64,000 nucleotides of DNA from Candidatus Velthaea sp. (GTDB lineage: Bacteria > Vulcanimicrobiota > Vulcanimicrobiia > Vulcanimicrobiales > Vulcanimicrobiaceae), in contig JBEKHC010000006.1 in the NCBI GenBank assembly GCA_050012475.1, forward strand, positions 1 through 64,000, in the 5' to 3' direction. This document shows positions 48,281 to 57,238 of this stretch, piece after piece. The translations under genes were made by a program, and so were the position numbers. Numbering within the stretch: position 1 is the first letter of the stretch; each line of letters opens with the position of its first letter. Below the pieces are notes generated by a model. That model ran no database searches, was not told the DNA's origin, and worked only from the letters and a program-made list of their open reading frames with translations.

Positions 48281-49660
48281 ATGGACATCCTTGCTCCGCG
48301 TCACCTTGCCAAGCCGCCCGTCGATCCCGCGACCCTGGCGTACCGCAACCTGCGCGAGGGAGAGTTCTGGCGCTCGATTCCCGCCTATTCCGAGGTCGAC
48401 GAGGCGACGTTCCTCGATCATATTTGGCAAGGCCGCGAGTCGGTGAAGACGCCCGAGGAACTGCTCGAAACGATCAAGGACTTGGTGCCGGCGGCGTTCT
48501 TCGACGACGCGCGCGAAGGCTTCCGGCGCGCGCCGATGGCCGTGCGCGTTTCGCCGTATCTGATCGCGTCGATCGATTGGAACGCGCCTTACACCGATCC
48601 GATCCGGCGCCAGTTCATCCCGCTCGCGTCGCATGCGCTGGCGGATCATCCGCGGTTGTCGTTCGACTCGCTGCACGAGCAAGACGACTCGCCCGTTCCG
48701 GGCGTGATCCATCGCTACATCGACAAAGCGCTGTTTCTTCCGCTCAACACGTGCCCGGTGTACTGCCGGTTCTGCACGCGCTCGTACGCCATCGGACCGG
48801 ATACCGAAGGCGTCGATCGCAAGACCCGGTTGGCGAAAACACCCAAAGATTGGCAGAACGCGTTCGACTACATCGCGTCGCGTCCCGAGCTCGAAGACAT
48901 CGTGATCTCGGGCGGCGACACCTATCAGCTCGCGCCCAAGATGCTCGCGCTCATCGGCAACGCGCTGCTCGACATTCCCAACGTGCGCCGGATGCGTTTC
49001 GCCACGAAAGGGCCGGCCGTGATGCCGATGAAAATCCTGACCGACGCGGCGTGGACCGACGCACTGACCGCGATCGTCGAGCGCGGCCGCACGATCGGCA
49101 AGGAAGTCGTGCTTCACACGCACTTCAATAGCCCGAACGAGATAAGTTGGATCACCCAAAAAGCGATCGACGTTTTGTTCGAGCGCGGGATCTACGTGCG
49201 CAATCAGAGTGTGCTCATCCGCGGCGTCAACGATACTACCGCGACGATGACGACGCTGGTCAAGCGGCTCGAATACGTGAACGTTCACCCGTACTACGTC
49301 TACATGCACGACCTCGTCAAAGGGGTCGAGGAATTGCGCACGCCGCTGCAAACGGCGATCGACATCGAAAAGAGCTTGCGCGGCGTCACGGCCGGTTTCA
49401 ACACGCCGACGTTCGTCTGCGACGCGCCGGGCGGCGGCGGCAAGCGCGACGTGCACAGTTTCGAGCATTACGATCGCGAAAACGGGATCGCCGTCTATAC
49501 TGCGCCGAGCGTGAAGCCGGGCAAGTACTTCTTGTATTTCGATCCCATCGACACGCTGTCGCCTGCAGCGCAGCTGCGCTGGCAATCACCGGCGCTGCAG
49601 GAACAGATGGTCGCCGAAGCGATCGAACGCGCGGGCGGCCGCGTCGAAGCCCTCGCGTAA
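48281..49660 (+). CDS. kamA: Lysine 2,3-aminomutase (radical SAM)
   Basis: DPIRRQF, HRY, CPVYCRFCTR, ISGGD, NQSVL.RGVND, DAPGGGGK. Confidence 0.9.
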   Translation: MDILAPRHLAKPPVDPATLAYRNLREGEFWRSIPAYSEVDEATFLDHIWQGRESVKTPEELLETIKDLVPAAFFDDAREGFRRAPMAVRVSPYLIASIDWNAPYTDPIRRQFIPLASHALADHPRLSFDSLHEQDDSPVPGVIHRYIDKALFLPLNTCPVYCRFCTRSYAIGPDTEGVDRKTRLAKTPKDWQNAFDYIASRPELEDIVISGGDTYQLAPKMLALIGNALLDIPNVRRMRFATKGPAVMPMKILTDAAWTDALTAIVERGRTIGKEVVLHTHFNSPNEISWITQKAIDVLFERGIYVRNQSVLIRGVNDTTATMTTLVKRLEYVNVHPYYVYMHDLVKGVEELRTPLQTAIDIEKSLRGVTAGFNTPTFVCDAPGGGGKRDVHSFEHYDRENGIAVYTAPSVKPGKYFLYFDPIDTLSPAAQLRWQSPALQEQMVAEAIERAGGRVEALA

Positions 49661-49813
49661 TCGCCCGGAACCGGCCGGCGGCGCCGGCGCGGAGGACGCG
49701 AGTGAATCAGGGAACGTTCGCGAACGAGATCGTATGCTTGTCAACGCCGTGAACTCCACGGGGATTCGCCCGCTTGCCCTATCCCTTTTGGGTCAGCCGT
49801 GCACGCCGCTCGC

Positions 49814-50359
49814 GTGATCCGTTGGTGCGTCTTCTGTGGTTCGTCGCCGGGGCACGACCCGCTGTACCGGCAGACCGCGACCGCAACGGGAACGCTGTTC
49901 GCGCGCGCCGGCATCGAGGTCGTGTATGGCGGCGGAAACGTCGGCTTGATGGGCACCGTCGCCGACGCGGCGATTGCCGCGGGCGGAAAAGTCATCGGCG
50001 TCATTCCACAATCGCTCGCCGCGCGTGAGGTCGCGCACGACGGGATCACCCAACTGTATATTGTTGACTCGATGCACGAACGCAAAGCTCGAATGAATGA
50101 GTTGTCGGACGGATTCTTGATGTTGCCCGGCGGCTTCGGCACCTTTGAGGAGTTCTGCGAAGTGGTCACGTGGGTGCAGCTGGGAATTATCGCCAAGCCC
50201 TGCATCGTGCTCAACGTCGGCGGATACTACGATCCGCTCTTGGCGATGTTCGATCAGGCGAACGCCTACGGCTTCATCAGCGACCGCAATCGCGCGATCG
50301 TCGACGTCGTTCCCAGCGTCGAGGCGCTCGAGGGGATCGTCGCGGCGTTTACCGATTAG
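49814..50359 (+). CDS. LOG family protein
   Basis: CVFCGSS, YGGGNVGLMG, MHERK, PGGFGTFEE. Confidence 0.95.
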   Translation: MIRWCVFCGSSPGHDPLYRQTATATGTLFARAGIEVVYGGGNVGLMGTVADAAIAAGGKVIGVIPQSLAAREVAHDGITQLYIVDSMHERKARMNELSDGFLMLPGGFGTFEEFCEVVTWVQLGIIAKPCIVLNVGGYYDPLLAMFDQANAYGFISDRNRAIVDVVPSVEALEGIVAAFTD

Positions 50360-50546
50360 TGTGGTGTCTCAGAAGTTCGCATACAAAATCTCGCTCGTCT
50401 TTTCGCCCGGCTCATCGTCGTTCTTCGGTCACGAAGCGGCTTCGCCGGGTGCACCGAGCGAAGCCGAGGGCACCCATCCCATCACTCCTCGATCCGAACG
50501 AAAATACTTCGCGATCTTTTGCATGGAACTTCTGAGACACCGCACT
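50358..50546. mobile_element. MITE-like element, 189 bp, with long imperfect terminal inverted repeats
   Basis: Left AGTGTGGTGTCTCAGAAGTTC versus right-end reverse complement AGTGCGGTGTCTCAGAAGTTC (20/21), continuing imperfectly for about 55 bp; no transposase. Confidence 0.75.
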
Positions 50547-50548
50547 GG

Positions 50549-51466
50549 TCAGCCGTTTCCCTGAGCGGGCGCTGCGTCCGCGTAGGGGGCGTGCTGCGCG
50601 CCGGTTTCGCGCGGCCGATCTTCGCCCAGAAAATCCGCGATGATCTGCGCGCACTCGCGAGCGCTCGTGACGAGAAACAAGTGCCCGTCATCGATCGTCA
50701 CCAGCCGCGCGTGCGGAATCATCGCAGCCAAGAAGCGTCCGTTCGCGAGGGGAACGATCGGGTCGTCCGTTCCCGCCATCACGAGCGTGGGCTGTTGCAC
50801 GCTGCGCAGCCAATGTGCGCTTGTCCAGCCGACGAGAGCGCGCAGCTGTAGCCCGTATCCCGTCGAACGCGGCGCGCGGAGCGAGTCGGCGTAGCGCTCG
50901 AGCAGTTGCGGATTGCCGCGCAGTTTGCCGCCGTAGAGTTCGCCCCCGATCCGCAGCATGAAGTCGCGATCGGTGTAGCGGCGCGGGTCGAGCAGCTTGA
51001 CGAACGCCGCCGGCGCGCCCGGCAGCGAGACCGCACCGGCGGACGTTGCAGCCAGCAGCAATCGCCGCACGCGCAACGGGTAGCGGTGGGTGAATTCCTG
51101 CGCGATGCCGCCGCCCCAACTCACGCCGCCCACGTCGACTTGACCTTCGATCCCCAGGCTCACCAGAAGTGCACACGAGAGGCTGGCCAGCCACGCCAGC
51201 CGGTATGGCCCCGGCGGATCGCTCGAGCCGCCGGTGCCCGGCACGTCGAATGCAACGATACCGATTCCCAACTGCTGCATCTCATCCGCGAAGCCGCGCA
51301 AAAGTTCGAGGTTCGCTCCGATGCCGTTGAAAAAGAACAGCGGCAGCGCACCCGGCCGTCCCGCACTGGTCGCCACCCGCAGGTTCATTCCGTCCACCGC
51401 GACCGCTCGAATGTCCACGTACTTTGTCTCTCTCTTTCGCACCGGCGGCATCACGGCACGCCGCAC
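50549..51466 (-). CDS. phaZ: Poly(3-hydroxyalkanoate) depolymerase-like alpha/beta hydrolase
   Basis: FFNGIGANLEL, FDVPGTGGS, GVSWGG, GTDDPIVP, GHLFL; start uncertain. Confidence 0.85.
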   Translation of the reverse strand: MRRAVMPPVRKRETKYVDIRAVAVDGMNLRVATSAGRPGALPLFFFNGIGANLELLRGFADEMQQLGIGIVAFDVPGTGGSSDPPGPYRLAWLASLSCALLVSLGIEGQVDVGGVSWGGGIAQEFTHRYPLRVRRLLLAATSAGAVSLPGAPAAFVKLLDPRRYTDRDFMLRIGGELYGGKLRGNPQLLERYADSLRAPRSTGYGLQLRALVGWTSAHWLRSVQQPTLVMAGTDDPIVPLANGRFLAAMIPHARLVTIDDGHLFLVTSARECAQIIADFLGEDRPRETGAQHAPYADAAPAQGNG

Positions 51467-51582
51467 TGCAGCAACACCGTTCAGCGTGCTTGAAAGATAC
51501 CCCGGCCGGCGACCACGTGAATCAGCTCGGCAGAACGACTCTCCTGCGATTTAAGTCGGAATGCTACGGGCGGCTTATGGTT

Positions 51583-51641
51583 GTGCCTCGACTTCGCTCG
51601 CTGCACCCGCGAAACCCAAACGCGACGGAATGCGCGAGGCG
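51583..51641 (-). repeat. Longest REP-like copy
   Basis: Reverse complement matches 14459-14492 in one half and 50438-50473 in the other. Confidence 0.75.
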
Positions 51642-51648
51642 AATTCCG

Positions 51649-54600
51649 CTAACGTTTGGGACCCGGATCGTCTTCGTCGAGCGCGGTGCGCACGATGCGC
51701 TCTTGTTCGACAGCGTGCGCGCCGGGGTAGCCCTCGGACGGGCTCGCCCGATACGGCCGGCCAATGTATTCGATGTCGCTGATATATTTGGGAAGATTTT
51801 CCACCAGCCGGCGCCGCACGTGCGCGCGCGCACCCATGTTCTTGGGTTCCTCTTGCACCCAGACGATGCGTTTGAGATTGGGATACGAGCTGATGAGGTC
51901 GAGCAGCTTCGCCTTGGGCAAAGGCGACAGCATCTCGACGCGGACCAGCGCCGTTTTCTGCATCTTGCCGAACGCCGGATCGGCGACCAGATCGTGATAG
52001 ATCTTCCCGGTACAGATGAGGAGCCGCTCGACGGCACCGCGATCCTCTCTGAAGCGCTTATCGTCGATGACGGTATGGAACCGGCCGTCGACGAGTTCAT
52101 CCAACGTTCCGTACGACGCGCGATTGCGCAGCAGCGATTTCGGCGTCATGACGACGAGCGGAAACGCGCTGACGGCTCGCGACTGCGCGCGCAACAGGTG
52201 AAAGTACTGACTCGACGTCGAGCAATTCACGATGCGGATGTTGCCCTCGGCGGAAAGCTGCAGGAACCGCTCGAGCCGCGCGCTCGAATGTTCGGGGCCC
52301 GCACCCTCGTAGCCGTGCGGCAGAAGCAAGGTCAGCCGCGTGTCCTGGCCCCACTTGGCGGCACCGGCAGCGATGAACTGATCGATGATGATCTGCGCGC
52401 CGTTATTGAAGTCGCCGAACTGCGCCTCCCACAGCACGAGCGCGTTGGGCAGAACACCGCCGTAGCCGTATTCGAAGCCTAAACAGGCGTATTCGGACAG
52501 CGGCGAGTTGTAGATCTCGAACGACGCCTTCGCATCGGAGACGTGGTGGAGCGGAATGTATTTCTGGTTCGTCCGCATGTCGTGCAGTACGGCATGCCGA
52601 TGACTGAACGTGCCGCGCTCGACATCCTGCCCGGTCAGCCGGATCGGTGTCCCGTCGCTGAGCAGCGATGCAAACGCCAAGCCTTCCGCCAGCGCCCAGT
52701 CGATTTCGCCCTCGGCCAGCAGCGTCGTCCGGCGCTTGAGGAATTGGCCTTGGAGCTTTTTGTTGAGCTCGAACCCGGGCGGCGTCGCGATGAGTTCGTC
52801 GGCGTACCCCAAGAGCCGGCCGCGCTCGATCTCGGTCGTCGGCATGGTTTCGACGTGGGCACCGCCGGGCTGACTCTGGCCGACGATGAGTTTGTTCCCG
52901 TAGCCGTCGCGCACGTTGCGGTGGGCCTCGGCCATGCGCGCGCTGGCGGCTTCCTGCATGACCTTGACTTCGTCGGTCGTGAGGACGCCCTGCGCCACGA
53001 GTTGGGCGGCAAAGAGTTCGCGGACCGTCGGGTGCGACTTGATCGCCTCGACCATCAACGGCTGCGTGTACGCCGGCTCGTCTTGTTCGTTGTGACCGAA
53101 GCGGCGATAGCCGATCAGATCGATGACCGTATCGCGGCCGAACTTCGCGCGATAGTCGATCGCAAGGCGAACCGCGGCAATGCACGCTTCGACGTCGTCC
53201 GCGTTGACGTGCACGATCGGCACGTCGTAGCCTTTGGCGAGATCGGACGAGTAACGGGTCGAGCGGCCTTCTTGCGGATCGGTCGTGAAACCGACTTGAT
53301 TGTTCGAGATGATGTGGATGGTGCCGCCGGTCGAATACCCGGTGAGCGCCTGCAGATTGAGCACTTCGGCGACGACGCCTTGTGCGGCGAACGCGGCGTC
53401 ACCGTGGATCAGAATCGGCGCGGCCGTCATGAAGTCGAGCGTCGGCGGGTTCGAGCCGTGGTTGGTCTGGAGCGCGCGGGTGATCCCTTCGACGACGCCG
53501 TCGACCGCTTCGAGATGCGATGGGTTGTTGGCCAGCGTGACGTTGATATTCGTGCCGTTCGAGGTCGTGTAGACGCCGTTGGCGCCGTGATGGTACTTGA
53601 CGTCGCCGGTCACGTCGGCGTCGTCTTCGGGATCGGGCATCGCCGTCTTCATCGCGCCGGCCTCGAACTCGGCCAGCAGCTCTTCATACGGACGATTGAC
53701 GACGTGCGCGATCGTCGAAAGCCGTCCGCGATGCGCCATCCCGAGCACGGCGTGCTGGGTGCCGTCCTCGGCGAGCATGCTGATGATCTCTTCGAGCATC
53801 GGCACCATCACGTCGAGGCCTTCGATCGAGAACGTCTTTTGCGAGAGGAACTGCTTGCGGAAATAGCGCTCCATCGTTTCGACTTTCGTCAAACGCTCGA
53901 GCACTTGAACTTTGCGCTGCGGTTGCAGTTCGCGGCGGTGCAGTCCGCTTTCGATGTATTCCCGCAGCCATTCGCGCTGCGCCGTGTTGGAGATGTGTTC
54001 GATCTCGTAGGCGATGGTCGAGGCGTAGGTTTCGCGCAGCCGCGGCAGTGCGTCGGCAAGCGTGTTGCCGGGGACTTTGATGCGCAGAACCGAGGCCGGA
54101 ACCGCGTTGAGCAGCGCGGGGGTGAGATTATAGTACCGCTCGCTCAGCGACGGTTCGCCTTGCGGCTTCGTGCCCAAGGGGTCCAGCGTCGCCGCCAAGT
54201 GCCCGTGACGCCGGTACGACGAAACCAACGCCATGCCGGCGGCGATGGCGCGCACCATTTCGTCCGAGGCCGCGGCGACGTCGGTATCCGCCGCTGCGTT
54301 GGCGGCCGCCTGTGCTTCGGCGTCCGCCGCCTCGGCCGCGGCAGCATGGGGCGCGATGCCGAACTGCTCGAAGAGCTTTTCGTAGAACGCGTCAGCGCCC
54401 GACAGCAGCTCCTCGATCCGCTTGAGAAACTCGCCCGACTGGGCACCTTGGATGACGCGGTGATCGTAGGTCGAGGTCATCGTCATGACCTTTTCGATCC
54501 CGAGTTGTTTGACCGTGGCTTGCGGCGCGCGCCGGAATCCCGGGGGCAGAGCGATGGCGCCGGCGGCGATGATCGCACCTTGCCCGACCATGAGCCGCGG

Positions 54601-55665
54601 CACCGACGCGACCGTACCGATTCCGCCCGGATTGGTGAGGGTGAACGATGCGCCGGTTTGATCTTCGACCGAAAGTTTGCCGTCGCGCGTTTTCGCTACC
54701 AGTTCGTCGTACTTGGCCACAAATGCCGGAAAGCTGAGCGTCGCGGCGTTCTTGATGACCGGCACGACCAGGAAGCGCGAACCGTCCTTGCGCTGCGAAT
54801 CGACGGCCAAACCGAGGTGCACGCCGGCTTCGATCTTCTGCGGCTTGCCGTTCTCGCGCCGGAACGCCGCCGTGATCGCGGGCTGTTCCTTGGCCGCGCG
54901 CACGATCGCGTACGCGATGATGTGCGTGAAGCTGACTTTCTCGCTGCGTCCGGCGCTCTTGAGTGCGGCGTTGAGTTCGCCGCGGCGCGCTTCGAGGGCA
55001 CCGACGCCCAGCGTGCGGAACGACGTGGCCGTCGGAATCGTCAGCGACTGGTCCATGTAGCCGGCCAGTGTCCCAACCGCGCCTTTGAGCTCGCTGACTT
55101 TCGTTTCGGCGAGCAGCGGCGGGAACGCGGCTTGCCGGGCCCGGTCGCGCGGGCCGTTCCCCGTTGGCAGCGCACCGCCGGTGGCCAGGGCGCGCTCGAC
55201 GTCGGCGCGCAGGATGAGGCCGGCCGGACCGCTGCCCGTGATGCCGGCCAGATCGAGGTGATGGCGCTGCGCGATCAGCTTCGCCTTGTGCGACGCGACC
55301 CCGGCCGGAACCGGGTCGCCGTTGGCCGTCGCCCGCTCCGCGGGAGCCGCAGCCGCTGCCGCTGCCGCCGATGCCGACGCGGCCGCCGCTGCCGGAGCTT
55401 CGCCCGCCGGTTTGGCCGCGGTCGGATCGATTTCGACCAGCACCGTGCCGACGGCGACGGTATCCCCTTCGCCGCCGTGAAGTGCGACGATCACCCCCGC
55501 AACGGTCGCCGGAACTTCGACGTCAACCTTATCGGTCGTGACGTCGACGAGCGTCTCGCCCTCGTCGACCCATTCGCCGACCTTCTTGCGCCACTCGACG
55601 ATCGACCCTTCGGCAACGGATTCCCCCATCTCGGGCAACGCTACCTTTACCAACGATTCGAGCAC
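51649..55665 (-). CDS. sucA: Multifunctional 2-oxoglutarate dehydrogenase: lipoyl + PSBD + E2 + E1
   Basis: TTDKVDVEV lipoyl motif; GSGPAGLILRADV; TYDHRVIQG; GMAHRGRL, HGDAAFAAQG, RRFGHNE, QDVERGTFSHRH; AGGAG RBS. Confidence 0.95.
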   Translation of the reverse strand: MLESLVKVALPEMGESVAEGSIVEWRKKVGEWVDEGETLVDVTTDKVDVEVPATVAGVIVALHGGEGDTVAVGTVLVEIDPTAAKPAGEAPAAAAASASAAAAAAAAPAERATANGDPVPAGVASHKAKLIAQRHHLDLAGITGSGPAGLILRADVERALATGGALPTGNGPRDRARQAAFPPLLAETKVSELKGAVGTLAGYMDQSLTIPTATSFRTLGVGALEARRGELNAALKSAGRSEKVSFTHIIAYAIVRAAKEQPAITAAFRRENGKPQKIEAGVHLGLAVDSQRKDGSRFLVVPVIKNAATLSFPAFVAKYDELVAKTRDGKLSVEDQTGASFTLTNPGGIGTVASVPRLMVGQGAIIAAGAIALPPGFRRAPQATVKQLGIEKVMTMTSTYDHRVIQGAQSGEFLKRIEELLSGADAFYEKLFEQFGIAPHAAAAEAADAEAQAAANAAADTDVAAASDEMVRAIAAGMALVSSYRRHGHLAATLDPLGTKPQGEPSLSERYYNLTPALLNAVPASVLRIKVPGNTLADALPRLRETYASTIAYEIEHISNTAQREWLREYIESGLHRRELQPQRKVQVLERLTKVETMERYFRKQFLSQKTFSIEGLDVMVPMLEEIISMLAEDGTQHAVLGMAHRGRLSTIAHVVNRPYEELLAEFEAGAMKTAMPDPEDDADVTGDVKYHHGANGVYTTSNGTNINVTLANNPSHLEAVDGVVEGITRALQTNHGSNPPTLDFMTAAPILIHGDAAFAAQGVVAEVLNLQALTGYSTGGTIHIISNNQVGFTTDPQEGRSTRYSSDLAKGYDVPIVHVNADDVEACIAAVRLAIDYRAKFGRDTVIDLIGYRRFGHNEQDEPAYTQPLMVEAIKSHPTVRELFAAQLVAQGVLTTDEVKVMQEAASARMAEAHRNVRDGYGNKLIVGQSQPGGAHVETMPTTEIERGRLLGYADELIATPPGFELNKKLQGQFLKRRTTLLAEGEIDWALAEGLAFASLLSDGTPIRLTGQDVERGTFSHRHAVLHDMRTNQKYIPLHHVSDAKASFEIYNSPLSEYACLGFEYGYGGVLPNALVLWEAQFGDFNNGAQIIIDQFIAAGAAKWGQDTRLTLLLPHGYEGAGPEHSSARLERFLQLSAEGNIRIVNCSTSSQYFHLLRAQSRAVSAFPLVVMTPKSLLRNRASYGTLDELVDGRFHTVIDDKRFREDRGAVERLLICTGKIYHDLVADPAFGKMQKTALVRVEMLSPLPKAKLLDLISSYPNLKRIVWVQEEPKNMGARAHVRRRLVENLPKYISDIEYIGRPYRASPSEGYPGAHAVEQERIVRTALDEDDPGPKR

Positions 55666-55858
55666 GCTATCTCCTAAAAATGCAGAGCGCTGAACACAGC
55701 AAACTTAGCTTCGCCGACTGATCGGCCTGCACCGCCGGTTCCGGTTTTTGTTACAACTCGCAAACACAACACACCGCGTCGTTCCCCGGCAAACATATCA
55801 CTCCGAGCGGTCTTGATCATGCGTCCGGACCGCTCGCCGCCGCGTCGGCCCGCGCGCC

Positions 55859-56026
55859 CTACGAAGCCTCGGAACCCGTCGGGCGATAGTGCAGGCAGCC
55901 GCAGATCTTCTGCTGCCGGCCGCCGCGCCCGGTCGGCTGAGTCGACGACTGAACGAGGCACCGGCCTGCGGGATTGTGCTCCGCCCGGGTATGTCCGCAC
56001 GTGCACGGCGGCTTGTCGCTTTTCAT
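55859..56026 (-). CDS. 55-aa Cys/His-rich putative zinc-binding microprotein (not in the ORF track)
   Basis: MKSDKPPCTCGHTRAEHNPAGRCLVQSSTQPTGRGGRQQKICGCLHYRPTGSEAS; CxCGH-x4-H-x5-C...CxCxxY. Confidence 0.65.
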   Translation of the reverse strand: MKSDKPPCTCGHTRAEHNPAGRCLVQSSTQPTGRGGRQQKICGCLHYRPTGSEAS

Positions 56027-56140
56027 GTCGACCGGTCATATTCGCGAGAACCGGAGCGGGCAACCCCTAAACGGCCGAATCCCACGTCTCGGCTCGAGAC
56101 GAAAACGGCCGCGTCAGAACGCAGCCGTTTCCCACGAACC

Positions 56141-56224
56141 TGCCCAAGAAGGGACTCGAACCCCCACGGCCTTGCGGCCACTGGTACCTGAAACCAGCGC
56201 GTCTACCAATTCCGCCACCTGGGC
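56141..56224 (-). tRNA. tRNA-Leu(CAG), CCA not encoded
   Basis: GCCCAGG acceptor stem, GGAATTGGTAGAC D-arm, CTGGT-TTCAGGT-ACCAG anticodon arm, long variable arm, GTTCGAGTC T-loop. Confidence 0.97.
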
Positions 56225-56326
56225 GCGACCAGGCGCGATTAGGCGCCGCCCTAACCCGGGCCTTTATCCGTCAAGCCGCCCAGCGCCAAATCCAATGCCG
56301 GCCGCGCCCGGTGCTAGACACTATGT

Positions 56327-57235
56327 CTAGGCCCGCTGGACCAGAAAAATCCCCAGCGCGATGGCAACGAGGCCGCCGACGTCGCGCGCTCCGACGCGTT
56401 CGCCCAGCAGCAAATACGCGATGAACAAGCCGAAGATCGGCGTCAGGAAATAGAACGCGCTGACGCGACTCGCTTCGCCGCGGTTGAGGAGCCAAAACCA
56501 CAGCAGCGACGCGCCGACGCTGATGACCAACACCAAATAGACGAACGAAGCAACGATGCGCGGCGACCACACGACGTGCGGCGGGCCCTCGAAGATCAGC
56601 GCGCACGGGAGCAGCACCGCCGACGCGGACAGCAGCTGCAGCGACGTCGTCACGCGCAGATCGAGCCCGCCGCAAAAGCGTTTGAAGACGAGCGTCGACG
56701 CCACGCTGGCGACGACGCCGATGAACGCGAGCAGCACGTCGGGCGGGTTGGCGCTGCCGCTGCCGGTGCGCGCGATCATCACCGCGACGACGCCGCCGAA
56801 TCCCAGCAGCAGTCCGCCGATCTTGAGCGGTGTCAGCCGTTCGCGCAAAACGTAGGGTGCCGCGATGGCCAACACCAGCGGATTCATACTGGCGATGATC
56901 GCGCCGACGCCCGACGCGAGATGCCGCAACGCTTCGTACGTGAAGCCCAAATACAGCGCGTTGCCGCAGATGCCGAGCGCCGCTATGGCGGCCCATTCGC
57001 GCGCGTTGCGCGGCAGCGTCGCGCCCAACCGCAGCGCGATCCCGAACGCTACGGCGCCGGCGGCCCCAAAGCGCACGCACAAGAACCACAGCGGCGAGGA
57101 ATCGAGCACGCCGATCTTGCTCGGAACGTAGGCCGAGGCCCAGAGAAAAATATAGAACAGCGCGCCGGCCACGCCCAGCATCTCGCTGCCGGCTGCCGGT
57201 CCGCGCGGTAAACCGTCGGCGCGGTTTGCTCGCAT
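56327..57235 (-). CDS. EamA/DMT family transporter
   Basis: Ten-TM pattern, LRERL, LLGERV; start may be 57181. Confidence 0.9.
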   Translation of the reverse strand: MRANRADGLPRGPAAGSEMLGVAGALFYIFLWASAYVPSKIGVLDSSPLWFLCVRFGAAGAVAFGIALRLGATLPRNAREWAAIAALGICGNALYLGFTYEALRHLASGVGAIIASMNPLVLAIAAPYVLRERLTPLKIGGLLLGFGGVVAVMIARTGSGSANPPDVLLAFIGVVASVASTLVFKRFCGGLDLRVTTSLQLLSASAVLLPCALIFEGPPHVVWSPRIVASFVYLVLVISVGASLLWFWLLNRGEASRVSAFYFLTPIFGLFIAYLLLGERVGARDVGGLVAIALGIFLVQRA

Positions 57236-57238
57236 CGC

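Noticed and set aside
52543..55677. 1044-aa plus-strand ORF and other long antisense ORFs
   Set aside because: Shadows of real genes in GC-rich DNA
56141..56224. tRNA as an integration site for an island
   Set aside because: No integrase and no duplicated tRNA 3' end seen in the window
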